Positions 12,793-26,614 of a DNA stretch of 64,000 nucleotides are shown here, one piece after another. Under the pieces are notes generated by a model. That model had not been told where the DNA came from. It did not search any database and saw only the letters and a program-made list of their open reading frames with translations. Position numbers and translations under genes: made by a program. Source of the DNA: Malacoraja senta (lineage: Eukaryota); contig JAXLNO010000385.1 in NCBI GenBank assembly GCA_038087875.1, forward strand, positions 868,001 to 932,000, given 5' to 3'. How positions within the stretch are numbered: position 1 is the first letter of the stretch; each line of letters opens with the position of its first letter.

Positions 12793-13450
12793 GGCCCAGC
12801 CTTAAATATCAAGAAGACCCAGGTCCCACATCAATCTCCACGCAACCAGCCGTCTACCCAGCCCAGTATAAAAGTGGACGACACCACTTGAAAACGTTGA
12901 CCACTTCCCCTACCTTGGCAGCATTCTTTCCTCAAGAGCTGACATCGACTCTGAGATCAACCATCGCCTGAGTTGTGCCAGTGGAGCCTTCGCCAGACTC
13001 AGGAAAGGAGTCTTTGAAGAATGAGAACTAAAGGCTCAAACAAAACTGCTGGTCTACAGAGCCGTTGTCCTCTCCACCCTGTTGTATGGAGCGAGTCATG
13101 GACCACCTACAGCAGACACCTGAGAGCCCTGGAACAATAACATCAAAGATCCTTACGAACGATTCGGAGCATCTGTTGGGAGGACAAATGCACCAACATC
13201 AGCGTTTGAGGAAGCCAACATGACCAGCATCATCACCATAATAACCGATGGACTGGTCATGTCATCCGCATGTCCAACACAGTCTCCCTAAACAGATCCT
13301 GTACTCTCAACTAAAGGAAGGTTGGCGAGCCCCCGGCGGGCCAAAGAAATGCTTCAAAGACAACATGAAGAACACTCTGAAGAAATTCCACATCAACTGG
13401 GACCACATTACATTGGACAGACCCTCCTGGAGGAAATCCGTGCAGGAATG

Positions 13451-13499
<49 letters not shown>

Positions 13500-13621
13500 C
13501 GAGAGAGACAGACAGAGAGAGACAGAGAGAGAGGGAGAGAGAGCGAGAGAGAGCGAGAGAGAGAGACAGAGGGAGAGAGACAGAGAGAGAGAGACAGACA
13601 GAGAGAGAGAGAGAGAGAGAC

Positions 13622-13692
<71 letters not shown>

Positions 13693-13765
13693 GAGAGAAA
13701 GAGATAAATAGAGAGAGAGAGAGACAGAGAGAGACAGATAGAGAGAGAGAGAGACAGAGAGAGAC

Positions 13766-13812
<47 letters not shown>

Positions 13813-14015
13813 CAGAGAGACAGAGAGAGAGAGACACAAAGAGAGAGAGAGACAGAGAGAGAGAGACAGAGATAGAGAGAGGCAGAGAGAGACAGAGAGA
13901 GAGAGAGACAGAGAGAGAAACAGAGAGAGAAACAGAGAGAGACAGAGAGAGAGACAGAGAGAGAGACAGAGAGAGAGACAGAGAGAGAGACAGAGAGAGA
14001 GAGACAGAGAGAGAG

Positions 14016-14052
<37 letters not shown>

Positions 14053-14079
14053 CAGGGAGAGAGGCAGACAGAGAAAGAC

Positions 14080-14121
<42 letters not shown>

Positions 14122-14220
14122 AGAGAGAGAGGCAGAGACAGAGAGAGACAGAGATAGAGAGACAGAGAGAGACAGAGAGAGACAGAGAGAGACAGAGAGA
14201 GACAGAGAGGGTGCGAGAGA

Positions 14221-14267
<47 letters not shown>

Positions 14268-14550
14268 CGCGAGAGAGAGAGCGAGAGAGAGAGCGAGAGA
14301 GAGAGCGAGAGAGAGAGCGAGAGAGAGAGCGAGAGAGAGAGCGAGAGAGAGAGACAGAGAGAGAATGCCAGAGAGAGAGCGAGAGAGAGAGGGGGGCTCG
14401 ACGGCTACCAACCACCGCCACACTACACTGCCCACGTTACACCAAGGTGTGTGGATCGGCCTCCACGGACATTTGCAGACCCACAAGTAGACAACCCTAT
14501 GGAGAGGAGAGGACAGTCGTACTCGTTTCGAGTGACCATCAATGATGATG
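12793..14550 (+). mobile_element. RTE-clade LINE 3' fragment interrupted by an AG microsatellite
   Basis: LNIKKTQV, FPYLGS, YGA-SWT, WTGHV.RM..LPKQILY; ORF end and (TGA)n tail resume at 14391-14550. Confidence 0.8.
13451..14390. repeat. ~940-bp (AG)n / AGAC microsatellite
   Basis: Seen directly. Confidence 0.97.
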
Positions 14551-15945
14551 CATGCAACCAAGAACAAATCGGTTTCCATAATAATAATAATAATGAATTA
14601 GAATCAGGATGCCTATTTTGTGCTGTCGAATGCTTGAAGTAAAATTTACCACAGTGCAGTGCAAGTAAACTCAATTAAATGGTAACTGAGTAGTTTACAG
14701 TAATATTAAAAAAGAAAAATCTAATTCTGTACTAAATGAAGAAAACACCAACACTTGTTTTAAAGCACTCACACCAGCCAATTCCAAATTCATATTCTAC
14801 AACATACGGGCTGAAACCTGCAATCAAATAGTAAAACTCTGGATGCATAATTAGAGGTCAGAAATTATTATTTGTTAATTTTCAAATACATTCTTATCCA
14901 GTGTCGTAGAAAGGTTTGAAGTACTTCCTCAAATGAAAATCCATTTAAACCTGGTGACATTATAAACAGGAAAAGCTGATGTCAAATTGGCACAAATCAT
15001 CTGAGTTGTGCCAGTGGAGCCTACGCCACACTCAGGAAAGCCGTGATCGTTCCGACCCTGTTTATGGAGCCGAGCCATGGACCACCTACTGCAGGCACCC
15101 GAGTAGTCCTCAAAAAACACAATTTAAGCCAAATTATGTATTTCAAACATGTGTTTGCAGGTGCAGTCAGATTTGCAGTTTTTCCACATAGAATTTGCAG
15201 CACATGGAGGCCAATTGGCCCAAATGATCCAAGTCATTCTTATGTTTACATGAAATTCCCTCCCACTTTCCTCAGCCAGCAGCATATCCTTCATCCCCAA
15301 ATATCATCATCTAATTTCTGCTTGGATGTAGCTAAATTGACATCCTTGCAAGCTCCTTGTGGTAGAATATTTATTGGTGCCAAATTTACATGTGTTTTGA
15401 CACAAGGATGCACTAAAATTGGTGCAAAGATCCGGTCAAAGTGAAGAAACTGCTTCCACTGGCATTAGTCAAGAGCAAATTAACTCAGATTAATGGGATT
15501 GTTAAAAGGATAGGAAATAGGAGGGGAACGTTTTTCAAGCAAGTAGTGACAATATGGAACTTGATGACTGAAATGTAGGTGGAAGCAGATTCAACCACGC
15601 CTTTCATAAAGAGACGGACAAAAAAGAAAGTGACTGCAGGAATAGAGTCATGGAATAGAAGTAATTAGATTGCTATTTGCCAGACATCAGCTCAGGTTCC
15701 GAGTAACAAATGGCTGCCATCAAACCCCACTCTAATATTAAATAATCAAAATTTAAATTTACATTTTGATCATCTCTTGTACATTTGTTTTCTGGAGTAA
15801 AAGAACACTCACTTTCTTAGCTCTTTCTGATTAGTAACACCTTCCTTGGTGTTTGAGTATTTCATTTTTTCCAGAGTTGTAATTGCAATTATGTCAGTAA
15901 ACTCTCTGGCAACTTGCAAATGAAGAAAAAGCAGTTATGTCTAAC

Positions 15946-16076
15946 CTGTTGGACAGCTTTCTTTGCAGCCGAGTAATTTTCCGCATCTACCAGATGTGAA
16001 AGATTTGTCATTGTTGACAATCCTTCCAACATCTCATCTCTCTGCTTCCGCAACTGTGCCAAATAACATTCGGTTC
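15946..16076 (-). pseudogene. ZW10: ZW10 exon 13 (131 bp)
   Basis: ccag|[45 protein letters not shown]|gttaga. Confidence 0.9.
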
Positions 16077-16739
16077 CTGGCAGAGAAAAGTAATGCTGGT
16101 TTAAAAAAATGTTTTATAAAGTTGGTCAGATTTTCAACAATATAACACTGCTCTTCAATTAATATGCATTTCACAGACTGCTACAATATGCCAGCTTCTA
16201 ACATAACATCAATTCAAAATTGATTTAATTTTGATATCACACCCTAAATTCATCGTGCCAATTGGCATGTACTTTCACATGATGTAAGTAGATTAAAATT
16301 CATTCAACCAGTGCACAGGTTACTTTGGAATAAAAAAAAAGATTTATTACTGATATTTAGACAATAATAGAAGTTTAATTACATGCCGGAATATGGGTAG
16401 TATGGCTAACATTAATCAGTATTTATAACATCCAATTTTCTCCTCTGCCGCAGCAATCCAATTCCTCGGCTTCCATCTATCCCCTCATACTCATAACAGA
16501 ATCTTCACACAAAAAATCACCCAAGTTAGAGCACGGCATCTACACTCGGCAATGTCACAACTACAAGACAGGCCAAGTAGAAAAAAGGAGAGATTTCAAA
16601 GGAGGCAGCAAAAACATCCCAAACCAGGCAGCTGTTACCCATCTACCAATATTTGGTGTGCAGAACTGTACGCTGAGAGTTCCAGTCTTAAAGAATGAAT
16701 GAATGAACAGTTGTACGCCACTTCTGATAGTTTGGGTCC

Positions 16740-17215
16740 ATTTTTTGTACAACCACTCAATTACCTCCTCTGGCAGCTTGTTCCAAGAGGTGCTGATTAG
16801 TAATAATATAGTTAACTTTCCAAAATGCAACACCACACATTTCTCTGTATTAAATTCCATCAACCACTCCACAACCCACCTGGCAAACCATCTTCACTAT
16901 CTACAATACCACCCAATTGTGTCATCTGCAGACTTGCTAATGATGCCCAGCACCGAATCCTGAGGCACCCCACTAGTCACAGGCGTCTAGTCTGAGAAGC
17001 GACCTTCCACCATCACCCTCTGCTTCCTTCCATGAAGCCAACTTTCTATCCATTCAGCCATCTCCCCTTGTATCCCATGCGATCTAACCTTCCAGAGTAG
17101 CCTACCCTGTAGAACCTTGTCGAATGCTTTGCTATAGTCAATATATACAACATCTACAGCTCTGCCCTCAACCTTTTTGATTACATCTTCAAAAAACTCA
17201 ATTAGGATGGACTCT
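16740..17215 (-). mobile_element. CR1 RT fragments
   Basis: VDVVYIDYSKAFDKV, QRVMVEG, FNTEKCVVLHFG. Confidence 0.75.
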
Positions 17216-17830
17216 GAGCAGAACATTTAAACCAGCAATGCTTGAACCAACAGCAGCAAATAATAACAATCCAGCACAAGGCTTACATCATAAATCCATA
17301 CAACCACCACACTATTTTAATAAGACTTCTTGGGGTTATACAAAATACCCTCCAAATACAGTCTAATAAGACTATGTTACAGAAATAAGCAAAAACCACC
17401 ATCCACAGCTAAATTAATTTGGCGAGACAAATCAGGAATACTGGTTAAATTGATGTCACCTACTGTCCAGGTGCTCTGTTCACAGGAGTTTCTTCCAGAT
17501 CTTTTAAGCACAGTAGAAACCCCAAAATGTTGGTGCAGTTAAATATTACATGTCTACACACTCCTTTATCAAAAGTAACTACCTCAGAATTAGAATCAAA
17601 TGAAATTCACATAAGCAAGGCAAGAAAATTCAACCCATGTCACAGAAACAGCAGTGATTTCAAAATACGGTTCTAATTCTCACTTAAGCTAATTATGTCA
17701 CTGTGACAAATTACATTGAAGACTGGAGATATGGAACAGTCTCCAATTGTTTTAAACAGAGTAGAGAATTGATCATAATTGCTGGATAAGCAAATGTCTT
17801 AAAATCTTTGACATAGAGGAGAGAAGGTGG

Positions 17831-20800
17831 GTGACGGTGAGAGAGGGAGGGAAACATGGAATGCAAACGTCCCCTGGTGTTGTACCTCTTGTGAACAGGT
17901 TCACCCACTTGGAAGCTGTCGGGCCAGAAGACATTAACGCACTGAGCGGCGGACTGGGTTGCGAAGCAAAAAGGGCTGTTGAGCCAAAACCAAAGAGGCC
18001 AACGTCAGGCAACGCCATTGTAGTTGGAGACTCCATTGTGAGAGGTACGGACAGGTGTTTCTGCGGCAACAGACGGGATTCGAGGATGGTGAGCTGCCTT
18101 CCTGTTGCCAGGATCCAGGATGTCATGGACAGAGTGCAGCAAATCCTCAAGGGCGAAGGTGAACAGCCGGAAGTGGTAGTGCATGTAGGCACAAACGCTG
18201 TCGGAAAGGGGATGAATATTCTGCAGCGTGACTTTAGAGAGCTCGGAAAAATGCTGAAAAGCAGCACCTCAAGGGTTGTTATCTCCGGTTTGCTTCCAGT
18301 TCCTCGTGCTGGCGAGAGCAGGAACAGGGAGATACGGGACCTGAATGTGTGGCTGAGGAACTGGTGCAGGGGGGCAGCGATTTAGATTAGTAAGATTAAA
18401 CGAGAACTTACCTAAGTTTGAAGTTTGATCTTTATTTTATGAGGAGTTACGTAGGTGATTACGTGAAGAACCCCGCCAGTGCGCCTGCGCGTCAATCTTC
18501 AAAGCAGCGGTGTGAAATCACAAAAAACAACAACCGAAGTAATATAGTCTCATAATAAAATGAGTAATACAAGAACTTCCATCTGACCTTTATGATAGAG
18601 GGTAGGGTCGTGGTGGGCACGTAATCACCTACGTAACTCCTCATAAAATAAAGATCAAACTTCAAACTTAGGTAAGTTCTCGTTTAATCTTACTATTTTA
18701 CTTCGGAGTCACGTGACTACGTGAAGATTTTAAAGCTTTGTGATTTCATGCCGTGGATCAATCCCGGCTTCTCACTGCATAGATTGACTCGGAACGAGAA
18801 TAATCAATCATGCATTCATAATAACATTTGTACCACAAATGCAGTAATTCATTTCAATAATGAAATGAATCAGATCCCCTTTAAACCAGAGGAATTTACA
18901 CAGAACTTAAAAGAGTTTCTGCAAACAACCCCGCATTAACAATAGGCCGATGGTAAAAATGTTGAAAACATCAACTCATTGGACCACCCGGCGGCTGCGA
19001 GGATATGGTCGACGGGGCCGTCTTTTGCCCTGGCCGCCGACGTTTCTGCTGCCCTAGCCGAGTGAGACGTAAAAACATAAGTGTTAATACCAGCAGCTGT
19101 TAAGACTTCTTTTATCCATCTGGAAATAGTCTGTATTGAAACTCTCTTGTGTGGTTTCTTGTGTGTGATCAACAACCCAGTTTCCGTATTCTCAAATTCT
19201 TTGCGACCTCAATGTATTTTAATAAATATGTCTTAATACAGAGACATGGATCATTTGGATATGCTGCTAGCATAATTTTAAATCCTGTCACACCTGGCCT
19301 AATTTACTTTAGTAGGTCATAGATATAGAATGTAACCTTGTCTTCAGTTACTTCCATACTGTCTTTTTGTAATTTTCCAAGTGTTTGCACTCGTTGTGCT
19401 GTCACTCATGCCATAAGCATGAATACTTTCATACTGAGCTTGACCAAAGGTAAAGAGACACTTGATGACCATTCACGAAGTAGTTTCAGTACCACACTTA
19501 CATCCCAGATTGTCACGTACCTAGGTTTCGGTGGTTTGGAATTAAAGATTCCTTTCATTAGTCTGGAAACAATTGGGTGTGACCCAATTGAGTTTCTTTC
19601 TGAATCCAGAACCAAATATGAGGACAATGCACTTCTGGCTGAATTAATTGCATTACAACTCAGACCTTCATTATAATAAAGTTTTGACAGAAATTCTAAA
19701 CATTTGAAATATCTGCAGTACTTTATTGCACATTCTTTTGTACACAGAACTCTTCCCATTTCTTAATATAAGAAAGGTACTGTTTTTGAGTGCTCTTCCT
19801 CCCGGCTGCCGTAAGCATGTCCACAGTATGCTCAGACAGTCCTCGTCCCAGAAAAGGCATTCTTAAAACCTGCAAATCAACAAATCCAAACGATGATATA
19901 ATGGATGTTGTTACCCTGTTACAGAGTACAACAATAAATTACTCCTTTTTGGGACTTTCATCAACATTTGTGTTGTTAATTCTAATATCAACAGATACCA
20001 TGGCTGTATAGGCCAATCTGGTACTACCAATACCCTTGAAGCAGCATCTTGCCTGATTTTAAGCAAACATTGGCTAATGAGGCAGAAAGGTGGAAATATA
20101 TATGAAAACATACCACCCCAATGTAGCGAGAAAGCATCAATCGCCACTGCTCCTGGATCTGGTTTCCATGAGACATATCTCGATAGCTGATGATTCAAGT
20201 CGATGTCGGTCATTCCAAATCTGGTTACTATATCATTGAATACCTCTTGATTCAACAACCATTCTTTATTATCATGGAACTTTCGTGACCTGGTGTCTGC
20301 TATCGTATTCATTCTACCTGTTAGATGGATAGCTGAAATCCAAATATTCTTTTCAATACACCAAGACCAAATTTGATTAGCCATTTTGTCACATGACACC
20401 GACTTGATTCCACCCATATGATTAATATAGGCAACTGCTGTTGTGTTATCAATTTGAACTTGAACATGCTTATTAGTTGTGTTAGAACAGTAAGCTTGGA
20501 GCCCATAGAAACATCCTAGAAGCTCCAAATAGTTAATTCCCCATGTCTGCAGTAACAATGACTCTTCCTGATTCCATCTGCCTCCGCAGCTAGATTTTAA
20601 GTCAGTTGCACCCTCCTAGTGCACTGGCATCGGTTTGTAATATCATGGAAGGTTGTTCAATCAGCACTTTGCTGGAACTGCTTGAGACATGTAGAATCCA
20701 CCACTGCAGATCAGAAACTGCATTTGTTGTTAGTTGCATGGTTCTATCAAAAATGACCAACATGCTTTCTCAGTGCCTGTTCTTTAATTCTCTGCAGCTG

Positions 20801-23800
20801 ATGATAATGTAATGGTCCAAATTGAACTGCTGGGAATGCTGCTACTAATTTTCCCAGTACACGAGCCACCTGTCTAATTGAGGGTTTTTGCTCGTTTAGG
20901 AGATTACTACAATCTTTAATCAAATCCACCCTTTTTTTTCCTGGGCAAATTAATATTCATTTGGACTGAATCAATTGTAAACCCCAAATAATTAATAGAG
21001 GTACATGGTGTTAACCTAGATTTCTTTGGATGAATTAGAAACCCAAATTTTCAAAAGTTGATTTCACAACTGCAACAGATGCTTCTGTTGACTGTTTTGT
21101 CTTTCCTATAATCAAGACATCATCCAAATATGCCATGAGTACATCCCCTGGCTTCTCAGCAAACCCAGAATTGTTTTTTAACAATTTTGTGAATATTCTG
21201 GGTGCAGATGATAACCCATTAGGCAGAGCTTTGAACTGCCACAACTGGTTCATCCATTTAAATTTAAGATACTTCCTATCTTCTGAATCAACAGACACTG
21301 AATAATATGCATTTTTCAAGTCTATAGTTGCCATATAACATGCTTCTGAAATAAGCTGTTTGGCAGTCACAAATGTTTCCATTTTAAAATGTCTAAATTG
21401 CACAAAAGGATTCAGATTTGTCAAATCTAGAATAATCCTACATCCTCCCTCCTTTTTTGATCGAGGGAATATTTCACACAAATTGATGACTTTGGTAGAC
21501 TGATTTTTTCAATAACCCCTTTTTTATATAGGGTTTCAAGTGCAACCTGAACCTCCATCACTTCTTTTTGTACAAAGTTCAGAGTTCGGCTAGGAACATG
21601 CTGATCAGGCAAATCATAATTTGGATTGAATTCAATTCCAAATCCTTGTATATGATTCAGGATTACCACATTCTGAAGTAATTTTCTTCCAATTATTATA
21701 AAAGAAATGTAACCTGCCTTCAACTTTTGGATTTAATCCAGTTAGTATGTTCCCATGAGAACCAGGTCCACCTACCTCTTGAGTCATTTGAGTACCCTGA
21801 GATTCCTGGGTTCTCCCGGAAGCACGCCCACTGGTTCTTGCTCCCGATGCAGGCCGCCAACTACGTCCCTGCGTTGATGAGCGACTTGGTCCAGGATCTG
21901 TATGACGTCTGAAAGGATACTTCCTCTTTACAGACTTCACAACCATTGATGTCTTCATCAATCCTGTTTTCGCTTCATCTTCCAACTCTTTAATATGTCT
22001 CCCGAGATCCTCTCCAAAGAGTAAGTTGGGTAATTGTATATTACTTGGTTTTCAGAGTGCTGCGAATTTTGGATTCATAGTAGGCCGTATCACACTTTTC
22101 CTCAGACAATTGTCTCGAAGTGAGTGCTGCATAGCAACCCCAGTGTTTCCTGATGCAACTCCGTCATCTCTTGGCTTTTTTCTGCTATTCTGGCAAAAGC
22201 AGTTATTCCAGAACCCAGCAGCTTTAATATTCTCTGCAACTGATTCCAGATAATTTGATTCACTGCTGCCCACAGTTACTTCTTGCAGTCTCATCCATTT
22301 CCTGCTGTTCCAGCTAATGGTAAACCAAGTAATTTATTAAGGAGGCCAGTTCTTCTCCTAATGGCGCTCCTGACCCTGCCGGGGCAGCGAATCCTACTGC
22401 CAGGAGTGGAACATCTGGCAGCTGCCGTTCATCACCTTGTACAGCCTCACCGTCAGAGTCGGGGTCTGAAATCTCATGACCCGTAGCACGCTCCTCATTC
22501 CTGAGGGTGCATTCCATCAGCCCTGAGCCAGGTGCTGTTAAGCTGCTCCTGCAGCTTGGATTACAGTACACTCCTTCCTGAGTGAACTTTGCTCCAACAC
22601 CCTATGTAAAAGGCTTTCTATTTGGGCAACATGCTCGAAAGCAGTATCTAGCCCTGTACCAGGAGCTGTTTGAGCTGTTTCCAGCAGCTTGCTTTCAGTA
22701 CACTCCTCCCTGAGTGAACTTTGCTCCAACAGCCTATGTAAAAGGCTTTCTATTTGGGCAATATGCTCGAAAGCAGTATCTAGCCCTGGAGCTACTTACA
22801 TTGCCTGGGACTCTCTCCGTGGGCCGTTGGGATTTAAACTGTGTCTTTTGCCCGACAGGCGCTGACAGTGTTTTCACCAGTCCCAGGTCCACAGTCGCTA
22901 TGCTCACCGCTGGCGACTGTACCGGGGTTTAGAGGCGGTTGGTCTCTAGCCGCGGACTCCCGACTTTCCCGACTTTTGTCGGCTGTGTCGCTCGCCTCTT
23001 CCCCCTGTCCGTTTTTTCCATGGCGTCTGTGGAAAAAATCCCATAGACCCACAGTAAACGGACCTGGAAAACCTGAAAAAAAGTTTTTACTTACCTTGTA
23101 GTTGAAAAACTACAAATCCACTCTCCTCACGTCCGATTGCGTCAAGGCGTCTGACGTAATGACGCGCAGGCGCACTGGCGGGGTTCTTCACGTAGTCATT
23201 CACGTGACTCCGAAGTAAAATCTTAGATCACTGGGATCTGTTTTGGAGTTAGGGGGAACTGTACAAAAGGGACGGATTGCATCTTAACAGGTGGGGGACC
23301 AGCATTCTGGCAGGCAGATTTGCCACAGTGGTTTTAAACTGAATAAGTGGGGTGGGGTGTCAAATGGGATAGTCGACGATGGAGTTAAAGGAAAAGAGAG
23401 TAAAGTGATGGTTAAAGACCCCAGAATTAACGGGAAAGGAAGCTCACAAAGGGATAGGAGAGTATGGCCAAGTGTAATAGGGATCGATGTGAAAGGTGAG
23501 ATGCGTAAGGAATTAAAAGTATTGTATATGAATGCGCGAAGTATAAGAAGTAAAGTAGATGAGCTTGAGGCTCAGTTAGAGGTTGGTAGATATGACATTG
23601 TGGGGACTACTGAGACTTGGCTGCAGGAGGATCGGGCCTGGGAACTTAATATTCAGGGTTATACATCCTATAGAAAGGACAGGCAGGTCTTGCCAGAGGA
23701 GGGGGGGTAGCTCTGCTGGTGAGGGATGGAATTCAGTCCCTTGCGAGGGAAGACATAGGGACTGACGAGGTTCAGTCACTGTGGATTGAGTTGAGGAATT

Positions 23801-26400
23801 GTAAAGGCAAGAAGACACTAATTGGTGTTATTTACAGACCCCCAAATAGTAGCCAGGATGTAGGGTCTTAAAACTGGCATGTAACAAAGGTAATGCCATT
23901 GTGGTGATGGAGGATTTCAATATGCAGGTAGACTGGGAAAACCAGGTTGGTTCAGGACCCCAAGAAAGAGAGATTGTAGAATGTCTCCGAGATGGATTCT
24001 TAGAGCAGCTTGTAATGGAGCCGACCAGAGAAAAGGCAATTCTGGATTTAGTGTTGTCCAATGAACCAGATATGATATGAGAACTCGAGGTAAAGGAACC
24101 GCTTGGAGGTAGTGATCATAATATGATCAGTTTTAATCTGCAATTTGAGAAGGAGAACGTTAAATCGGAAGTGGCAGTGATGCAGTTGAACAAAGGGGAC
24201 TATGAAGGCATGAGAGGGGAGCTGGCCAAGGTAGACTGGAAAGGGATTCTAGCAGGAATGACGGGGGAACAGCAATGGCAGGAATTTCTGGGCATAATCC
24301 TGGAGACACAGGATCATTTTATTCCAAAAAGGAAGAAAGATTCTAAGGGGAGTAGGAGGCAACCATGGCTGACAAGAGAAGTTAGGTATAGAATAAAACT
24401 AAAAGAAAAGATGTATAACACAGCAAAGAGTAGCCAGAAGCCAGAGGATTGGGAAACGTTCATAGGACAACAGAAGGAAACAAAACGGGCAATACGGGCT
24501 GAAAAGATGAAGTACGAGGGGAAGCTGGCCAGGAATATAAAGAACGACAGTAAAAGCCTCTTTAGATATGTTAAGGGAAAAAGAGTAGCAAAGTCAATTG
24601 TGGGTCCCTTGAAGGCAGACACGGGTGAAATTATTATGGGCAACAAGGAAATGGCAGAAGAGTTGAATAGGTACTTCGGATCTGTCTTCACTGAGGAAGA
24701 CACAAACAATCTCCCAGATATACTGGAGGACAGAGGATCTAATGGGGTAGAGGAACTGAATGAAAGTTTCATTAGGCGAGAAATAGTATTGGGTAGGCTA
24801 ATGGGATTGAAGGATGATAAATCCCCTGGGCCTGATGGTCTGCATCCCTGGGTCCTCAGGGCGGTGGCTCTAGAAATAGTGGATGTATTGGTGATCATTT
24901 TCCAATGTTCAATAGATTCAGGATCAGTTCCTGTGGTTTGGAGGATGGCTAATGTTATCCCACTTTTCAAGAAAGGAGCGAGAGAGAAAACGGGGAATTA
25001 CAGACCAGTTAGCCTGATTTCGGTGGTGGGAAAGATGCTGGTGTCAATTATTAAAGAGGTAATAATGGGGCATTGGGATAGCAGTAAAAGAATTAGTCCA
25101 AGTCAACATGGATTTATGAAAGGGAAATCATGCTTGACTAATGTTCTGGATTTTAAAGGATGTGACAAGTAAAATGGATGAAGGGGTGCCAGTGGATGTA
25201 GTGTATCTAGACTTTCAGAAAGCCTTTGATAAGGTCCCGCACGGGAGACTGGTGACTAAAATTAGAGCACATGGTATTTGGGGTAGGGTGTTGACATGGA
25301 TAGAAAATTGGTTGCGAGACCGGAAGCAAAGAGTAGGAGTGAACGGGTCCTTTTCAGAATGGCAGGCAGTGGCGAGTGGAGTGCCGCAAGGCTCAGTGTT
25401 GGGCCGCAACTGTTTACCATATATATTAATGATTTGGAAGAGGGAATTAGGAGCAACACTAGCAAGTTTGCGGATGACACAAAGCTGGGTGGCAGTGTGA
25501 ACTGTGAAGAGGATGTTAGGAGGTTGCATGGTGACCTGGACAGGTTGAGTGAGTGGGCAGATGCGTGGCAGATGCAGTATAATATAGATACATGTGAGGT
25601 TATCCACTTTGGCGGCAAAAACAAGGGGACAGATTATGATCTTAATGGGGTTAGGTTATGTAAGGGGGAGGTACAGCGAGACCTGGGTGTCCTTGTACAC
25701 CGGTCACTGAAAGTTGGCGTGCAGGTACAGCAGGCAGTGAAGAAAGCTAATGGAATGTTGGCCTTCATAACAAGAGGATTTCAGTATAGGAGTAAAGATG
25801 TTCTTCTGCAGTTGTATAGGGCTCTGGTGAGACCATATCTGGAGTATTGTGTACAGTTTTGGTCTCCTAATTTAAGGAAGGACATCCTTGTGATTGAGGC
25901 AGTGCAGCGTAGGTTCACGAGATTGATCCCTGGGATGGCGGGAAAGTCATATGAGGAAAGATTGAAAAGACTAGGCTTGTATTCACTGGAGTTTAGAAGG
26001 ATGAGGGGGTATCTTATAGAAACATATAAAATTATAAAAGGACTGGACAAGTTAGATGCAGGAAAAAGGTTCCCAATGTTGGGCGAGTCCAGAACCACAG
26101 TCTTAGAATAAAGGGGAGGTCATTTAAGACTGAGGTGAGAAAAAACTTTTTCACCCAGAGAGTTGTGAATTTATGGAATTCCCTGCCACAGAGGGCAGTG
26201 GAGGCCAAGTCACTGGATGGATTTAAGAGAGAGTTAGATAGAGCTCTAGGGGCTAGTGGAGTCAAGGGATATGGGGTGAAGGCAGGCACGGGTTATTGAT
26301 ACGGGACGATCAGCCATGATCACAATGAATGGCGGTGCTGGCTCGAAGAGCTGAATGGCCTCCTCCTGCACCTATTTTTTTATGTTTCTATGTTTCTATG
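17831..26400 (+). mobile_element. Near-full-length CR1 LINE (esterase ORF1, EN-RT ORF2), interrupted by DIRS copy A1
   Basis: ORF1 SGNH motif IVVGDSIVRG (17831-18387) resumes at 23221 (DHW..DGLHL); ORF2 YMNARSI, TETWL, YLDFQKAFDKV, GVPQGSVLG, FADDTK with frameshifts; (TATGTTTC)n tail ~26380-26400. Confidence 0.92.
18388..23220 (-). mobile_element. DIRS retrotransposon, family A copy 1 (full length, defective ORFs)
   Basis: Left ITR, gag, RT (LPNGLSSAPR, YLDD), RNase H (TDAS, DNTTA), methyltransferase-like domain (YIFPPF), tyrosine recombinase (HSAR, AAGWS), ICR and right extension. Confidence 0.95.
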
Positions 26401-26444
26401 GTATTCAAATAATAAGTGAAGCAACATCAAGTGAAGTTACACAC

Positions 26445-26614
26445 CTAATCGCCTAAACCTTGGCACAAAGTCTACAAAGGTTGTAACTCTATTGCACAAA
26501 GGTCTTGGAAGCCGATACTGGAATTGGGGTCCAAGCGTGATCAAATGGTGAGCAATGTACATGCAATTGTTGTGGTGGATAGCAGCCAGCTGGAGCAACT
26601 TCTGCAGCGGCTCC
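26445..26614 (-). pseudogene. ZW10: ZW10 exon 12 (170 bp), acceptor AG>AC
   Basis: [56 protein letters not shown]; upstream intron ends aaatac. Confidence 0.92.

Noticed and set aside
13307..14642. Long SL/RE-rich ORFs (up to 422 aa)
   Set aside because: Artefacts of translating the AG microsatellite
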